Both the position numbers and the translations under genes were made by a program. Below are positions 39,006-51,689 of a DNA stretch of 64,000 nucleotides, piece by piece; within the stretch, counting starts at the first letter, position 1, and each line of letters starts with the position of its first letter. This DNA comes from Raillietiella orientalis (Eukaryota): contig JAYWIR010000013.1 in assembly GCA_036172245.1 (NCBI GenBank), positions 3,720,001-3,784,000 on the forward strand. Direction: 5' to 3'. The notes below the pieces were generated by a model. That model was not told the DNA's origin. It made no database searches and was given only the letters and a program-made list of their open reading frames with translations.

Positions 39006-41654
39006 CTCATAACCATGCAGTAGGTGTGTTACCACCTCTCCAGAGTGCAGAGAAGGGTGCTGCGCCCTTCTGAAGAATTTCAGAAGCGTGGTCTCTAGGG
39101 AGAGCGCGGCGCCATCTTGATTTGCAGCTACCTCCATCCAGGAGGAGAAGGGTGAGCGCGTTTACGTGAAGGAGGCCCGCGGAAGAGCGGAAAGAAGTCG
39201 ACCAGCGCTGCTCCCTCTCTACTCGGCTTCTTGGACCCCTTCGGAGTGGAGCTACTTCCAGCGGCCCCGCCCCGGGTCAATAGAAAGGCTGAGGAAAGCC
39301 AGGGGCGATCGGAGACGCCAGGAAGGTTCTCTGCCGGGAGCTCAGTCGAGCGGCTTCTCTCTCGCAAAAGGAACGGAAGGAAGGAGGAATACACCCCACC
39401 GAGGAACGGTAGGGCTCGCAGGGACGGCTCATACGGCAGCAGCCGGGAACGAGAGATAACACGGGGGCCGCCGCTGTCCCACCGGAGAGAAGAGGCACGC
39501 CTTTCAGCTGGCGAAGGCTGACGGCCGCAGCCTGACGAGGTGGGGGGACGGTTCGAAGAGCGACCTGAAGAAAGGAGGCTCTGAGGGCCGACAAGATGGC
39601 TTCTGGGACGAGATGAACATCTCAAGCTGGCTCAGAATCTCGGGCAGCCGAGGACGAGAGGAGCTGGAGGAAGTTCTTGCGGAGCGGGAGAAAGTGACGG
39701 GTGGAGAAGACGTCGGTCGGCCGCGTTCCCGTCGAGTCGGAAGCATCAGAGTCTGCGAAGGGAAGTCTTCCTGGAGCCGGTCTAGTGACGGGAGGCGAAC
39801 TCTCCCAGCAGCACGCCCGTTGAGGTCCTCGAGCTGCGCCGAGCGGCGGCGGGGTGGCTCGGAGGGCGGACCTCGGGCGCACTCGGTCGCCTCGCAGGCG
39901 ATGGGGAGGAGAGCGGCAGCAGGGAGGGAGGCGGCGCTCTCACCTGAGGGAAGACCTGTGGAACCTTCGGCGAGATGACCCCTCGTCCAATCGAGGTCGT
40001 GCACGATAACGCCCCCTCCAGCAGACCGGGGATGCCCTGCCGGTTCACTGCGGAAGTTCCTTCGTCCTTCCCGGATCCCTTCGTCGGAGCGCCCGCAGAG
40101 GTGGTGCCTCCGCCTGATGTTCCTGGACCTCTGTCTCTCGGTATCCGCCTCTTCCCCACTGCCTGCCACTCCTTTCGGGATTCAGGAAAGACCGAAAGAT
40201 CGAGAGGAAAAAGAGAGAAGAGGGGATTTTCTCCCTTGACGGGAGATACACACAGGTCAGCCGTGGCTTCTCGCGGGTGACAGGCACTCGGTGTTGCTGG
40301 AGTCTGGCACTGACGATTTTCCGGGTTCAGACAGTCTCCCAATGCTGACCCGGGAAGCGCATGAGCGACTGGGAGGCGAGAAAGGCGACTCCTGGGTCGC
40401 GAGGTCACAGGTGAGGGCGTGGCACGAGAGTGGAAGACGTGAGCGTCGAGGACACGTGGAAGACCGTGAGCTCCTCGTGGAGGAAGTGGAGGGGAGGATA
40501 AAAATGGGGTAGGCGGGGGGCGCTCCCTCGTCGTTTTCGGATCTTCCTTCTTCCCGGCTCGGGAGTGGGGCGGATTTCCGAAGAGCACGAAGGACGGCCT
40601 GGGGTCGCAGGGAGTCGGCACCGGAGAGACAGGGAGGCGCGCCCTCGATGCGGCGGACCTTCGAGGTCCTCTGCGCTGTCCGCCGCACCGTTTCGCCTCT
40701 GGGCTCTCGCTGGTACAGCGCACGGCAGGGCGATGCCCGCCGGCGCACGCGCAGGCGGTGCAGCCGAGGGAGGTCCCAGAAGCGTCCCCAGTCCTTCGCT
40801 CTCCTCGTGGGCCGGATCCGAGCTCTGCGGGAGACCTGGAATATGCCCTGTGGCATTCATTCTCTCTCAGCGAGAGAGAGAAAGGGAGGGGGAAGGGGGC
40901 GAAGACTCCTTGCAGTGCTCTGGCGGCGCACTCCCGGAGCTCCGGGACGCGTCCCAGTTTCACCCAGGGAGCGAGCCCATTCCACGACTTCGGGAACTGA
41001 GGAGGAGGAGACCATCCTGACCGGACTCCTGCTGCTGTCCTCCTTCCGGATGCACGGGGGAAGCTCTCAGCTGGAAGCGCGTCGCTGCTCGGAACACACT
41101 GGTCCAGGTGGCAAGGGGAGGGCCAGACGCACGCCTCGATTGGATTTCCCGCGCTCCAGGTCCCAGCACCCACGATCGTTGGCCAGAAAACAGAGACGCC
41201 TCTTCGCATCCCGGTTCCCCTCCGCAAAAGGGGGGGGGGGCGAAGGACGGTGCAATGCCGCCGCCGAACTTCCTCGAGTGGAGGGTCGCTAGATTTCCTC
41301 TTCCTCTCCCCGTGATGAGCTCTTCCTCCAGGAGAGGAAAGTGGTAGTGCGGCGAAGACGACGCCCGAATTCTGGGAAGCGGTCGCCATCCCGAGGAAGC
41401 AGGACCGCGCTGCAGTCTCTCGAAGCAGCGCTCGTGCTGTTCCTCCGTTGCCACGGGGATCGCTCCCTTTCCTCCCTGAAGGAACCAGGGGAAAGGAGGT
41501 GATGTGGGCGCTGTTATCCCTCCCTCCTCGGGTTAAAGAAGGGTGGGGTGATGCTGGGGGAAGCCCCTGAAAAACCGCGGGAGGATATTCGGGAGGAAGG
41601 GAAAAAACAAAGCAGACGGAGTCAGGTGGCTCGCCGCTCTCGCGCGGCTCCTCG

Positions 41655-41790
41655 CGGGATTGGCTGCCGGTGGTCCGGAAGCTGCGCACCTGATTGGTGG
41701 CCCTGGGGACCGGGCGCTCGCTCTCCGCCGCCGAGCGAGCGAGCGACGAGATGTTCATCCAGCGCTGGCGGCGGGTGCGAAGGTCAGTCG
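41655..41790 (+). promoter_or_regulatory. Candidate KLF promoter: two inverted CCAAT boxes, an ETS-like CCGGAAG and an arthropod-type Inr
   Basis: ATTGG at 41659 and 41693, CCGGAAG at 41675 and TCAGTC at 41784, lying 140-270 bp upstream of the likely ATG. Inference only. Confidence 0.5.
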
Positions 41791-41922
41791 CAGGTGCGCG
41801 GCGGTGACGGCGTGGCAGCAGCGTCAGCAGCAGCAGCAGCACCATCACCAGCAGCAGCAGCAGCCAGGCCGAGCGGCTGGTGCGGCAGTGGACGCGGGCG
41901 CGTGCGACATCCCCCCGTGGCG

Positions 41923-43704
41923 ATGGTGCATGGTGGGTGCCGCCGCGAGAACGACAGCGGACCCGGCGGCGTCTGGCGGCAGCAGGGCATCCACCCGGTC
42001 GTCATGGCCACCACGGACCTGCCCGAGTACCAAGAGGTAGGACGGACGAGACCAACCTCCCTCCCTCCATTCCTCCTACTTTGCCTTTCCATCCGTTCCT
42101 CCCGCCCATTCCCGTGCAAGCCGAAGCCTGCGGAGATCGAGGCAAGATGGCGCGCCAGCAAGAACTTCGAGCCCCTCCTTCCTGCTTTCCCCCGGCGCGT
42201 GAAGGGTCAGAGGGAACCGGACGGCGGGGGTGGTCCTGGGGATGGCCGCGAAAGGGAGAGAGGCCGTGGAACGCTCCCCTGAGCCCTCCAAGGAGGGGCG
42301 CGAATTCCAACGCCGCGCGGGCTTCCCCCTCCTCTCATCTTCATCCGCTCTTCCCCTCTCCTCCCGTAGATATGGGGTGACATCGAGACGGTGCTGATGA
42401 GGGACATCCCCAACTCTCAGCCTCCCGCGTTCCACCCTTCCAGGCAGCAGCAGTGCTCCCCGACAGCGGGAGAAGTATACCCCTGCTTGCAAACCCAGAA
42501 GACGCCCTGCGGGCAGCAGCAGCAGCAGGCATTCCCGTGCTGCGACCCCTCTGAGAGATCTACGGCCCTCCAGTGCCCCGTGGAAATGGCCGCCGCCGCC
42601 TCCACAGCGTGCGCGCTGGCCTCGAGACGTCCCGAGGCGGAAGACTATGGCTGGACCTACGCCGCGGAGACGAAGCGCCATGGCGGCGTGGTCAAGCAAG
42701 AGACTCCTCCGTGCCGCTCCCCGCTATCCCGCGACGAGGTGAGGATCGCGGGGAGCGGCAGCGACGCCTGCTGTTGCGTCCCTTTTGGCGACAGCGACCA
42801 CGTCCCTGGCTACGTTCCCGGAGGCAGCGGTTGCGCCTCCTTTCATACGGTTGGCGCTGCCCAGGCTCAGAATGCCTGCTGCTCTTACGCTGTGATGCAG
42901 ACCTCCCTGTGCTCTCCCGCCCCTCCTCTTCCTCTTCCCCCTCAGCAGCAGCAGCAGCAGTACGGCCTCCTCCTACCATCCCCTCTCGCCTACTCCTTGG
43001 GAACTCTTCCCGGGGGCATTCCGAACGCAAACGGCGGTCCCGTGGACTTCGGTTTCGGACAGGGCTACCACCAGTTCGCCTGCCTGGAGGAGGAGCACCT
43101 GCATCTGCAGCAGCAGCTGCATCTGCAGCAGCAGCAGCAGCTGCAGCCCGACCCCTCTGCGGTCGCTCCCGGTTGCGCATCGGACGGTTCCCGGAGGAAG
43201 CGCAGGGGGCGCTCCCGAAGGAAGGTGATCGTTCACACCTGCTCCTACAGCGGCTGCGCCAAGACCTACAGCAAATCCTCCCACCTGAAGGCCCACCTCC
43301 GGACCCACACAGGAGAGAAGCCCTACCTGTGCAACTGGAAAGGTGAGAGAGAGCGAGGGAGGAGGTGTGCAACCGCGCGCGCCGCATCCGCGGGTTCAGG
43401 TAGGATTGAGGTGGGGCACGCGGAGGGGGCAAGGGGGTGGGTGACGGGGAGGAAAAAACAATTGGAAATGGGTCTTCCTGGAACTCCCCGTCCCGCATCG
43501 CTCCTTGCCTCTCTCGAACGTCACGTTTTCGCTCCCGTTTCTCTCTCCCCAGGGTGCGGCTGGAAGTTCGCCAGGTCGGACGAGCTCACCCGGCACTACC
43601 GGAAGCACACCGGAGACCGGCCGTTCCAGTGCCGCCTGTGCGAGCGCGCCTTCTCCCGCTCGGACCACCTGGCGCTGCACATGAAGAGGCACGTCTCCGT
43701 CTAG
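41923..43704 (+). CDS. KLF1/2/4: Kruppel-like factor, KLF1/2/4 group; exons 41923-42036, 42370-43342, 43553-43704 (alternative ATG at 42004)
   Basis: Three C-terminal C2H2 fingers [83 protein letters not shown], an upstream basic NLS and polyQ tracts. N-terminal [13 protein letters not shown] spans intron 1. Both introns have pyrimidine-rich acceptors. Confidence 0.95.
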
Positions 43705-44817
43705 AGGCGGCGGCTGCGGAGGCTGCGGCCGAGTCCTTCCCTCGTCCCCGTGTTTCCAGTGAGCGCTCTCTCTAGTCAGAAGCTGGGACTCTCCCTCTGG
43801 CGTTTCCCGGAAGAGTCCCGAGAGACGCCGTTGTCCTCCTCCGGGAAGACGATAATACAAAGCAGAGCGGCGTGAGGCACTCGCAGCAGCGCCCCCATCG
43901 GAGGCTTTGTTATTTCCCCTCCTTTTTTCCCTTGGGGGTCGAGGATTCTCCAGCCACCTTCCCTCTCCGAACGCGCGACTCATCCTGGACCCCGACCTCT
44001 CTTCCCCTCTTCTCTGCTCCTTTCCTGTGGGTGAGTGCCTTTTCCGGGCACGAGTGGATCTCCATCCAAGGGGGCTCAGGTGCAGAGCGTTGCTCAGCTC
44101 CGAACTCGCGACCGACGCTAGGTGGTCAAGCGAGGTTACGGAATGCACCGGCAAGCGGAAGCGAAGAGAGCTCTTTTTCTCTCTCTCCTCCCTGAAAAAG
44201 ACAGTGGCACCTTCCCTATCTACCCTCCCCCTCTCTCCTCCCAACGGGAGCGAAGCGCATCGCGGAGGAAGGAGATGGCGCAGACGGGGAAGGAACCGGG
44301 CATACTTTCCGGATGCTCAGGTATCAGGGAGGCCGAGACGCAGCTGCAGACCGAACCTCGAGGACGGATCCGAGGGAGAGGGGAGGACCGTTCTCACTCT
44401 TTTTTCTTCCCGGATCTCCGCGAGCCAGGTCGTTCGACGGGAGTGCGCGGCTGCGCCCCGCTGCTTATTCCATTTCTTCTTTCCTTTCGTCCTGCGAGCT
44501 CCCTTGCTGCTTCCTACCTTATACTCCCAGAAATCAGCACCCCCTTCCAACATCCTCTCCGCGCACCCTGTTGTCTCGTGGCTCGCGTCCCTCCCGATTC
44601 TGCCTCTTGTGCTTCGGCTGCCATCTTTCTTCACGAAGAACGGAACCTTATCCTCCGCTCGCGTCGGCGATTGCTCTCTGCTTCTTCCGGACTTCATCCC
44701 TCCTCTTCCTCCTTGTTCCCTCCTTTCTCCTGTTTCCCTTCTTCTGCTTGTTTCCAGCGCGACGAAAATGAGGATTCTGGGAGGGAGTCGTCGAATGGGG
44801 GTGGTGAGCGAGCCCAG

Positions 44818-45030
44818 CAGCCGCCTTCTCCCGTGAGGGTCGCATCGGGCCGAATTTCCTCTCCTGCCTGACTGCGCTAAGGATCAGGCAAGACAGTCGA
44901 ACTGCAGGTTGCATCCGGGATTCTTCCGGAAGAGGCTGTCGATTAAAGAAGGGGAAGGAGGGATCCTCAGTCGTAGCTCTGGAATGCCCGCTAGGAAGAG
45001 GTGATGGAGGGCCGGAAGGAGATCGAGGCG
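44818..45030 (-). repeat. Interspersed repeat (probably LINE ORF1 remnant); direct homolog at 48023-48233
   Basis: Both begin CAGCCGCCTTCTCCCGTG and share CAGTCGTAGCTCTGGAAT and GAGATCGAGGC. The minus-strand peptide IPELRL is retained in both. Confidence 0.85.
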
Positions 45031-48022
45031 TCTTCTGGCCGAAATGCCCACGGCCCGTTCCATCCCTCCAGTGGCGTTCGCCCTCCGCGGAGGCTTCCGT
45101 GCTGCTGGTTCACCTGCTCTCGTTTCCAAGAAAGGGGCGCCTTCATTCCCGAGAGGAACCCCCCTCTTCCGGGAATCCACTCCCCTGTGCCGCCATTCCT
45201 GCAGGTCTAACCGTTTCCAGGGAGACCCCACCCGGTCCTAGGTGGAGGTTCCTGGTTCCCTCGTGGCTCGTCCGTCGGACTTCTCTACCCACCGGGTCGT
45301 CGCTGGTGGCGGCGGCGAATGGACCCTGCAGCAGCTGGAGGAGACCAGGATTTCCTTCCTTCCTCGAGGGACTGGCAAGGGACCTCGACCAGAGGGGTGC
45401 CTCGCGGTGGTGGGAAGGGGGGGCCGCGAAGACGTGCAGGGCGAACGAGGAACCCGCCCTTTCCCTCCTTCTTTAAACAGATCCCGCGCTCCGCCGGTGC
45501 TCAGAGAGCCACCGCTGCTCAGCGTTTTTCGTGCTTTGCCGTTCGCTCTTGTCTTCGCCTCGGAGCCAGGAGGTCCACCCGCCTTCGAGGAGGACCCAGG
45601 CAAGGATCGGGCATACTGCGTCATTCCCGAAGGCGGATGGACCTTTCAGACTCTATGCTCGATCTTCCCGAAGCGCACGCACTTCCCCTATTCCTCGGGG
45701 TGTGCTCTCCTCGAGATCAGCATCTCCTTTTCTTTTCTGGGTCGCCAAAGAATGATGGCCGATCCGTAAATCCTTTTCGGAGCCCCCGTGAAGCAATCGT
45801 CCCTCGAGTTCCCTGTCTTCCCAGTCTTGCTCGTGGCACAGCTCGCGCGTGGCGAATCCTGGAAGCTGACGAGATTCGCGTCTCCCCTTCCTCCGGACGA
45901 ACGACCGCCTGCGGAGTTGGCCGAGATCCCTCTTTGGTTTCGTTGGCGGTTGGACATCTGTGGACGGGTGGATGTCGGTTGGAACTGCCGGGGGCGTAGG
46001 CGGCGGTAGCAAGTGACGCGACATCGTGGCACAGACCTGGGAACATTTTCAGCCATCCTTCTCTTCCTCTGCTCCCTTCCTGGAGGTTCTCTCGAACCAT
46101 CGCGTCTTTTAAGAGATCGCCTTGGAGCCACGCAGGGGAAAGTCCTCCCCGGGTGTTCGAATGGAATGCGCGCGCAACTTCGGCGAGCTTCCGATGGCAT
46201 CTTCCGCAGCTTCCGATCCGTGTTCTGAAGGTCCGAACGAGGAGGACGAGGAGGAGAAGGAGAGCCGCGTCCGCGCTGAATCTTCTTCCTCATCTCATCT
46301 GAGACGCTCCTCTATTGCGTTCCCAAGGAGCGGGGTCGCCTGCTAACCGGCACTCGAAAAGCGGTTCCCAAAGGAAAGCTCAGACAAAAGAAGAGCGTCT
46401 GCGCGAGCGTTTCCATGGATGTCCTGCCACGAGTGAGCGTGGGCGCTTCGAGACTTCGTGGGCGTCCGAAAGTTTCTCTCGCTTGCCCGAGGCTGCTGCC
46501 TCTGGTGCAGCCGCCGGTAGGGACAGTGGCCCTTGAACAGCGGGGGCACTCACCCGCAGGAACGGAGGGGGGATCAACAAGGAGGCTGGGAAACAAGGAA
46601 GAGGTTCAAGAAGAGATGGGGAATTCAAAGATGAGCATCCTGCGTTCCGTTTCGTCGGACATCAAGGTCATCTCTCAGGAGGTCGGGACAGTCCAGGGGC
46701 ACGGTTTCTTGAACAAGTCGGCATCCCTCGGAGATTCGGCTGGACTTGTGCATCCAAGAGAAATGGAATGAGATGATACAGTTTCAGTCATCTCTTTGCA
46801 TGGCGTAGAAGGATCAAGACAAAGAGGGACCTGCAGAGACTCGTCCGGAGGCTCCATAGCGTTGGCTTTCCATGTCGGCCGTGCGCCCTCGTCCTGTAAA
46901 AGAAGAAAAAGAGGAGAAGGAAGAAGATGGGAGCAGGTCGGGAGAGGGAAGCTGGTAGTGCGCGATGGGATGAATCCGAGATGCAGGGAATGGAGAGTGA
47001 AGGGAGAGGATACCTTTCCTCCTCCGCCCCCCACGGCCATCTCCGAGGTGCGTGTCACCGCTGCGTTTGCGCGCACGTTAGCTGGTGTGCTGGGAGGCGC
47101 TCCGAGCCATGCACGGGCCCGCTGGAGAGCCCTGCGCACCTCCAGCGCGCTGCCCACGAGGGACACGTGCCGGCCGCACAAGTGCATCAACCTCGATCTG
47201 ATCTGCAAGCGTGCACGAGCGCGCACGTTCGCGAGGGCTGCTACACGCGCACGCGGTTTCCGAACACGCAGGAAGCAACGCGGAACTGGTGGGACGGGAG
47301 ATGGCAGGTAACTTTCATGCCCGGAGTGCTTGTCCTCAGGGAACGACCTCACGCTGCAACGTGACTCCTCCTTCGGCTTTATCTCCTGGTCGAAAGAATT
47401 CTAATCCAGGAAGATGCACCGCGAGGCAAGAAGGTTGCCAGGGAGACCGTGGCTGGCAGGAACGCCAGCAGTGACCACTCCGGAAAAGGGAGGCGAGGAC
47501 GGCGGATTCCATTCTAGAGGGATGCCGATGTCCTCCAGGAGGAGGAGCTTCCGAAGCCAGAAGCTGAATACAGTGCCTGCCTCCGTGTCTTCCGGATCAC
47601 GCCCTCATCCTTGCAAGCATTCACCACTATCTCATGGTTCCTTGCGTGACCGGCAACGGAGAGGGCCGATCGTTGTCTCGACTGGTACCTTCTTCCTTCC
47701 GCCTTTCATCCTCCTCCTTCATCAGTGCCTTCTTCAGCCTCCGATCTAGCAGCCTCCCAGCGAACAACAGAGGCGGCAGATCTCTTTCTCTTCCGATGCC
47801 TACGAGGACCAGGAGAGTGAAGAAAGGGAGGACAGAGTCTTCACTCCCGGTGCGCGTCCATGAGCTGCTCCCCTTCGCTCTTCCTGCCTGGGGCCGGAGG
47901 CGTTTCCGCGAAATCTCCGTGCAGTTTGCTTCCGTAACCGCGTCCTCGGTTTCCACGTTGACGCGCAGGGGCGCCGCGCGACGGTTCTTGGGCCGTCGAA
48001 CGGGGGAGGTGCGCTAGCCCTG

Positions 48023-48233
48023 CAGCCGCCTTCTCCCGTGCGGGTCGCGTTGGGTCGAACTTCCTCGCCCGCCTGCCCGCGCTAAGGGTCAGGCAAGGCA
48101 GGCGAACCTCAGGTTGCGTCCGGGTTTCTTCTAGCAGAGGCCGTCAATCAAAGAAGGGAAGGAAGGAGTCCCAGTCGTAGCTCTGGAATATTTGCTAGGA
48201 AGCGGTGCTGGAGGGCCGGAGAGAGATCGAGGC
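48023..48233 (-). repeat. Interspersed repeat homologous to 44818-45030
   Basis: Visible alignment over ~210 bp. Confidence 0.85.
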
Positions 48234-48650
48234 TTCAGGAGTGCCTTTCGGGCCTTTGGCGCGCCGAAGCTGCCCAGTGAGGGTCATTCCGGAAGGAGGT
48301 TTTCCAGGGTCGCAAGCGAGCGAGGAAAGAGGCCTGGATGCTGCGGCCAGGCGGAGAACCTCAGAAGCTTCCGGGAGGAGGAAAAGAAGCAGGGATAGGG
48401 AGGCACACTGTGAGCGCCAGCTTTCTCAGAACGCTTCGCCAGCAGCCACGCCTTGAGTCGCTTCCGCGCGGCCCGCCTGAGGTGAAAAAGGTGCAGCCCT
48501 GCCGGTTTTTGAGGACGAACGAAGCCCTCTGACGTCAAGGGAAGGAGAGCAGATGGCGCGATGCAGTGCGCGCGGCCGATGGTCGCGGGGTTGTCTTGGA
48601 TGCAGCGGCACCCAGGAGGTTCTCTTTCACCCGCCGGGTGCGCGCGCTTC

Positions 48651-48858
48651 TGTCCGGAGGAGGGTGTGGTCACGGCGGAGCCGGCGCAGTCCCTCTTGAC
48701 GGCGACGACGGGAGGAAAGGAGGTCAGGACGCTCGGAACACCGTGTGCCGGGTTGCGGAAGACGACCGGGGACAATCCAGGAAGAATGGACGCCGTCACG
48801 GATGGAGGTGGAGGGGGTGGGAGCAAAAAGAGGAAAGTTCAGCCTTGGGGTCGATCTA
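48651..48858 (-). repeat. Interspersed repeat (putative LINE ORF1 remnant); inverted homolog at 50136-50340
   Basis: Peptides PGLSPVVFRNPAHGVPSVLTSFPPVV (minus strand here) and PGFPPVVFRDPAHGAPSILTAFPPVV (plus strand, ~50210-50285) align. Confidence 0.85.
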
Positions 48859-50135
48859 TCGCTTTCACTTCGGCGAGGCAAGACAGAGGGACAGGAGGAG
48901 GGGGAGGGAAGTCGCCGGAAGAGTTCTGAGGCCATCGGCGTGACGCGGCTCGTTCCCGGGAACGCTCAGCTGGTCCGCCTGATTCGCAGGCGCCCCCCCC
49001 ACCCACCCACCTGCGGAGGAAATCAACGCGCATCTCGTAAAGAGGCCCCTCGGGAGGCCTCGGACGGAGCGGCGTGGGAGGAGGGAGGCGACGGGAAGGG
49101 TTGGCGGTGACCTCCGATCAGGAGGCAACTATGCGAGACCATCGATGACAGGGGGAGGATCAGCGGATCCTGGAAGAAGGAACGACTTCTTATCAATGAG
49201 CCCCGCTGGCTTCGCCCTCCTTTATTCGGTGGAGCCAACAGGTCGAACGGAGCCGAGAGCCTCCCCGCAATCGGTAAGTAAATCGAGGAGCGATCAAATA
49301 TTGGTACAAGCGCAGGCTCTACTGGATACGGGAGAGAGAACGAGACGCTCATGATCGTCGTCTAAACCACCTTCATCTGCCAGTGATCAGTTTACCACGG
49401 CAGAGATGAAGGGTGCGGAGCGAGGAAGGACCTCCGTGGGGGGTCTTTTCCAGTCGTCTCTGCCAGGACCTGAGCTGCCTATGCGAGGACCGCGAAGCCG
49501 CGAGTCGCAGCACCGCCTTGCGGATTGTGGTGCGAGCGGTCAGCTCATGGACCAACGCATGGCAGCTGCAGGGAGCCTCCACGCACGAGCAGAGCGCACG
49601 CGAGCGCGCGCGTGGCGCCGAAAGCGTCAGAAGTACCAATTCCGTTTTCAGGGGAAGAAAAAAAAAAATGTTCCTGGAGCATGCGCTCCGGAAACCTCCG
49701 AAGCTCGGGGCGAGGTGAAGCTGGGACGGAGTGGCGGACTCTGCGCCGCGTGCGAGTCGAGTAGGGACATGGAGCAGCAGACAGGGGTAGTAGGGGCGCC
49801 TACAAAGCAGACAGCCACGCTAGCCGGGCAGGGCGGTCCTGCAGCGTCCCCGAGAACGAGCTGCGCTGAGCCGACGGTCGCAGAATCCTTCCGGCGACCT
49901 CCCTCCCCTTCCGTCCCTGTCTCGCCGAAGTGGACAGGTGAAGGTCACATTCACCGTTCTCTCCGGGAGGAGCGCGACCCTGTCACGACCGGACCGCTCG
50001 TTTTCACATCAGCTGCCGTTCATCCCGGAAGACGTTTTGACCACCCCAGCTTCACCCCGGCTTCCTCTCGAACGGAACTGCCAACCACTCAGTCACGACC
50101 GCTCCCCGGAGATAGCGCTCGGACCCCCCGCACGC

Positions 50136-50340
50136 AGATCGATCCCGGGGCAGAACTCATTTCGCTTTCTCCCTCCCCCTCTCCCCTTTCCGTGACGGCG
50201 CCCATACCACCCGGATTTCCCCCCGTCGTCTTCCGCGACCCAGCACACGGTGCTCCGAGCATCCTGACCGCCTTCCCTCCCGTCGTCTCCAGGAGCGATG
50301 GGACTGCGCCCGCTCCGCCGTGACCACGCCCTCTGGACAG
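50136..50340 (+). repeat. Interspersed repeat, inverted homolog of 48651-48858
   Basis: Reverse-complement alignment: GTGGTCACGGCGGAGC.GGCGCAGTCCC...GACGACGGGAGG...CGGAAGACGAC. Confidence 0.85.
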
Positions 50341-50699
50341 TCGCGCACGCCGCGAGCGCCTCCGCTGCGCGTGTGCCGGCTCTGACCGATGCCTCAGCTC
50401 CTGCGAAGGAAGAGGGAGGACTAGTCGGCGATCTCTTTGCTGCTTTCTTTGTCTTTCAGAACGATCCGGTCCGCTGTCTTCCGCGGTGGCGAGTCTGGCC
50501 GAAGTCCCAAGCTCACTCCGGGAATTGGTCCAGCTGCGAGCCATATTCTTTTCCGCTTCGCCTCTTGCACTCGGTCCAGCAGATCGCATCTCCTCACGTC
50601 CTACCACCTGATCCGCAGTTCTTGATGAGAGAGATGCCGCCTCGTCTCGTCTAGCGCGCCCAAGAGTCCCTTACACGTACCACCCGCGGCTCTGCAGAA

Positions 50700-51500
50700 C
50701 AGTCAACTGCCAAGGCGCTTGCGGAGGAAGTTGAGGAGGCAAAGACGAGATAGTCTTCGCGGGCAGATGGAGTCGAAGTCATCGGGACGCGGCTGACTCA
50801 CCAAGAGGGCTGAACTTTCCAAACTTTGCTTTCTCGCAGATTGGAATTCTTGCGCCGCTCGCAGAACCCACGGAGACAGCTCGAGCTCAGCGCCGAAGCC
50901 GCAAAAGAGAGTCTGCAACCCCGTGGACTGCGAGCGGCCGAAAGAAGCTCGGAAATCTTTCACGCTCGCACGTCACACCGCGTCGAGAGCTGCAGCTCAG
51001 CCGCGGCGCGTCGTCTTCCCAATTGCAGAGGCGAGTGCAATGTCTTCTTCACCTTTCCCTCTCCATCTTCGAAAAGCTTCAGAGCTTCTCGAAACAGACA
51101 GCTGCCAATGGAAAAGCAAAATTTGGCCCTGGCAGTCGCGCACGCTCTTTTGCGAGCTGCGTAAGAGCTCCCCAATCCTGTATGGGAACTTACGTGAGGA
51201 CCGGACGGTCTTTCAAGGCTTGACGGGCAGAAAAAGAAAAAGAAAAGAGAGATCCTGAGATGCGGAGGAACCGGGAACGACGCTTGAAGAATGGAATTTA
51301 CAGATACGGAAATTTCATTCTTCATGCATCGTTCTGTCGGCGAACGGTGGTGCCTGGCTGCAGGAAACCGCACACGTGGTCAAAGCACAACCAGCCATGG
51401 ATGGAACAGGCGCAGCGCTTGCTGCACTGCTTTTACAGCAACTGCTCGCTCCGGGAGATGCTGGAAGGTCCCCTGAACAGTGCGTGGGCAAGAAGGACCT
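50700..51500 (-). mobile_element. Decayed LINE fragment (probably endonuclease C-terminus/linker), homologous to 52450-53400
   Basis: GAGGACCGGACGGTCTTTC followed by an A-rich tract occurs at both 51196 and 53001. Confidence 0.55.
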
Positions 51501-51689
51501 CCCTCGCCGCAGAGATGCCCTCCCCCAGGAAACACATGGGCGGCAGCCTTGCGGCTCGGTGGGAGGTTAGCGTGAGCACCTCCGGAAGAAAGGACTGGGC
51601 GAGTGGGCGACGGGACAGCTCCCGGAAACTGCGACCTCAAGTGCCCACCCAGAAGGACTTTTGCTCTGGGGCGAGCTACTGGGAATTCC

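Noticed and set aside
39782..41848. 688-aa minus-strand ORF overlapping the KLF promoter
   Set aside because: Low-complexity R/P/S/A/G composition expected in GC-rich DNA; no domain recognised; appears to cross TE remnants.
41660..41922. QQQQQHHHQQQQQ frame as an N-terminal KLF extension via a 1-bp error in the C run at ~41911
   Set aside because: No ATG in that frame upstream of the repeat; more simply a CAG-rich 5'UTR.
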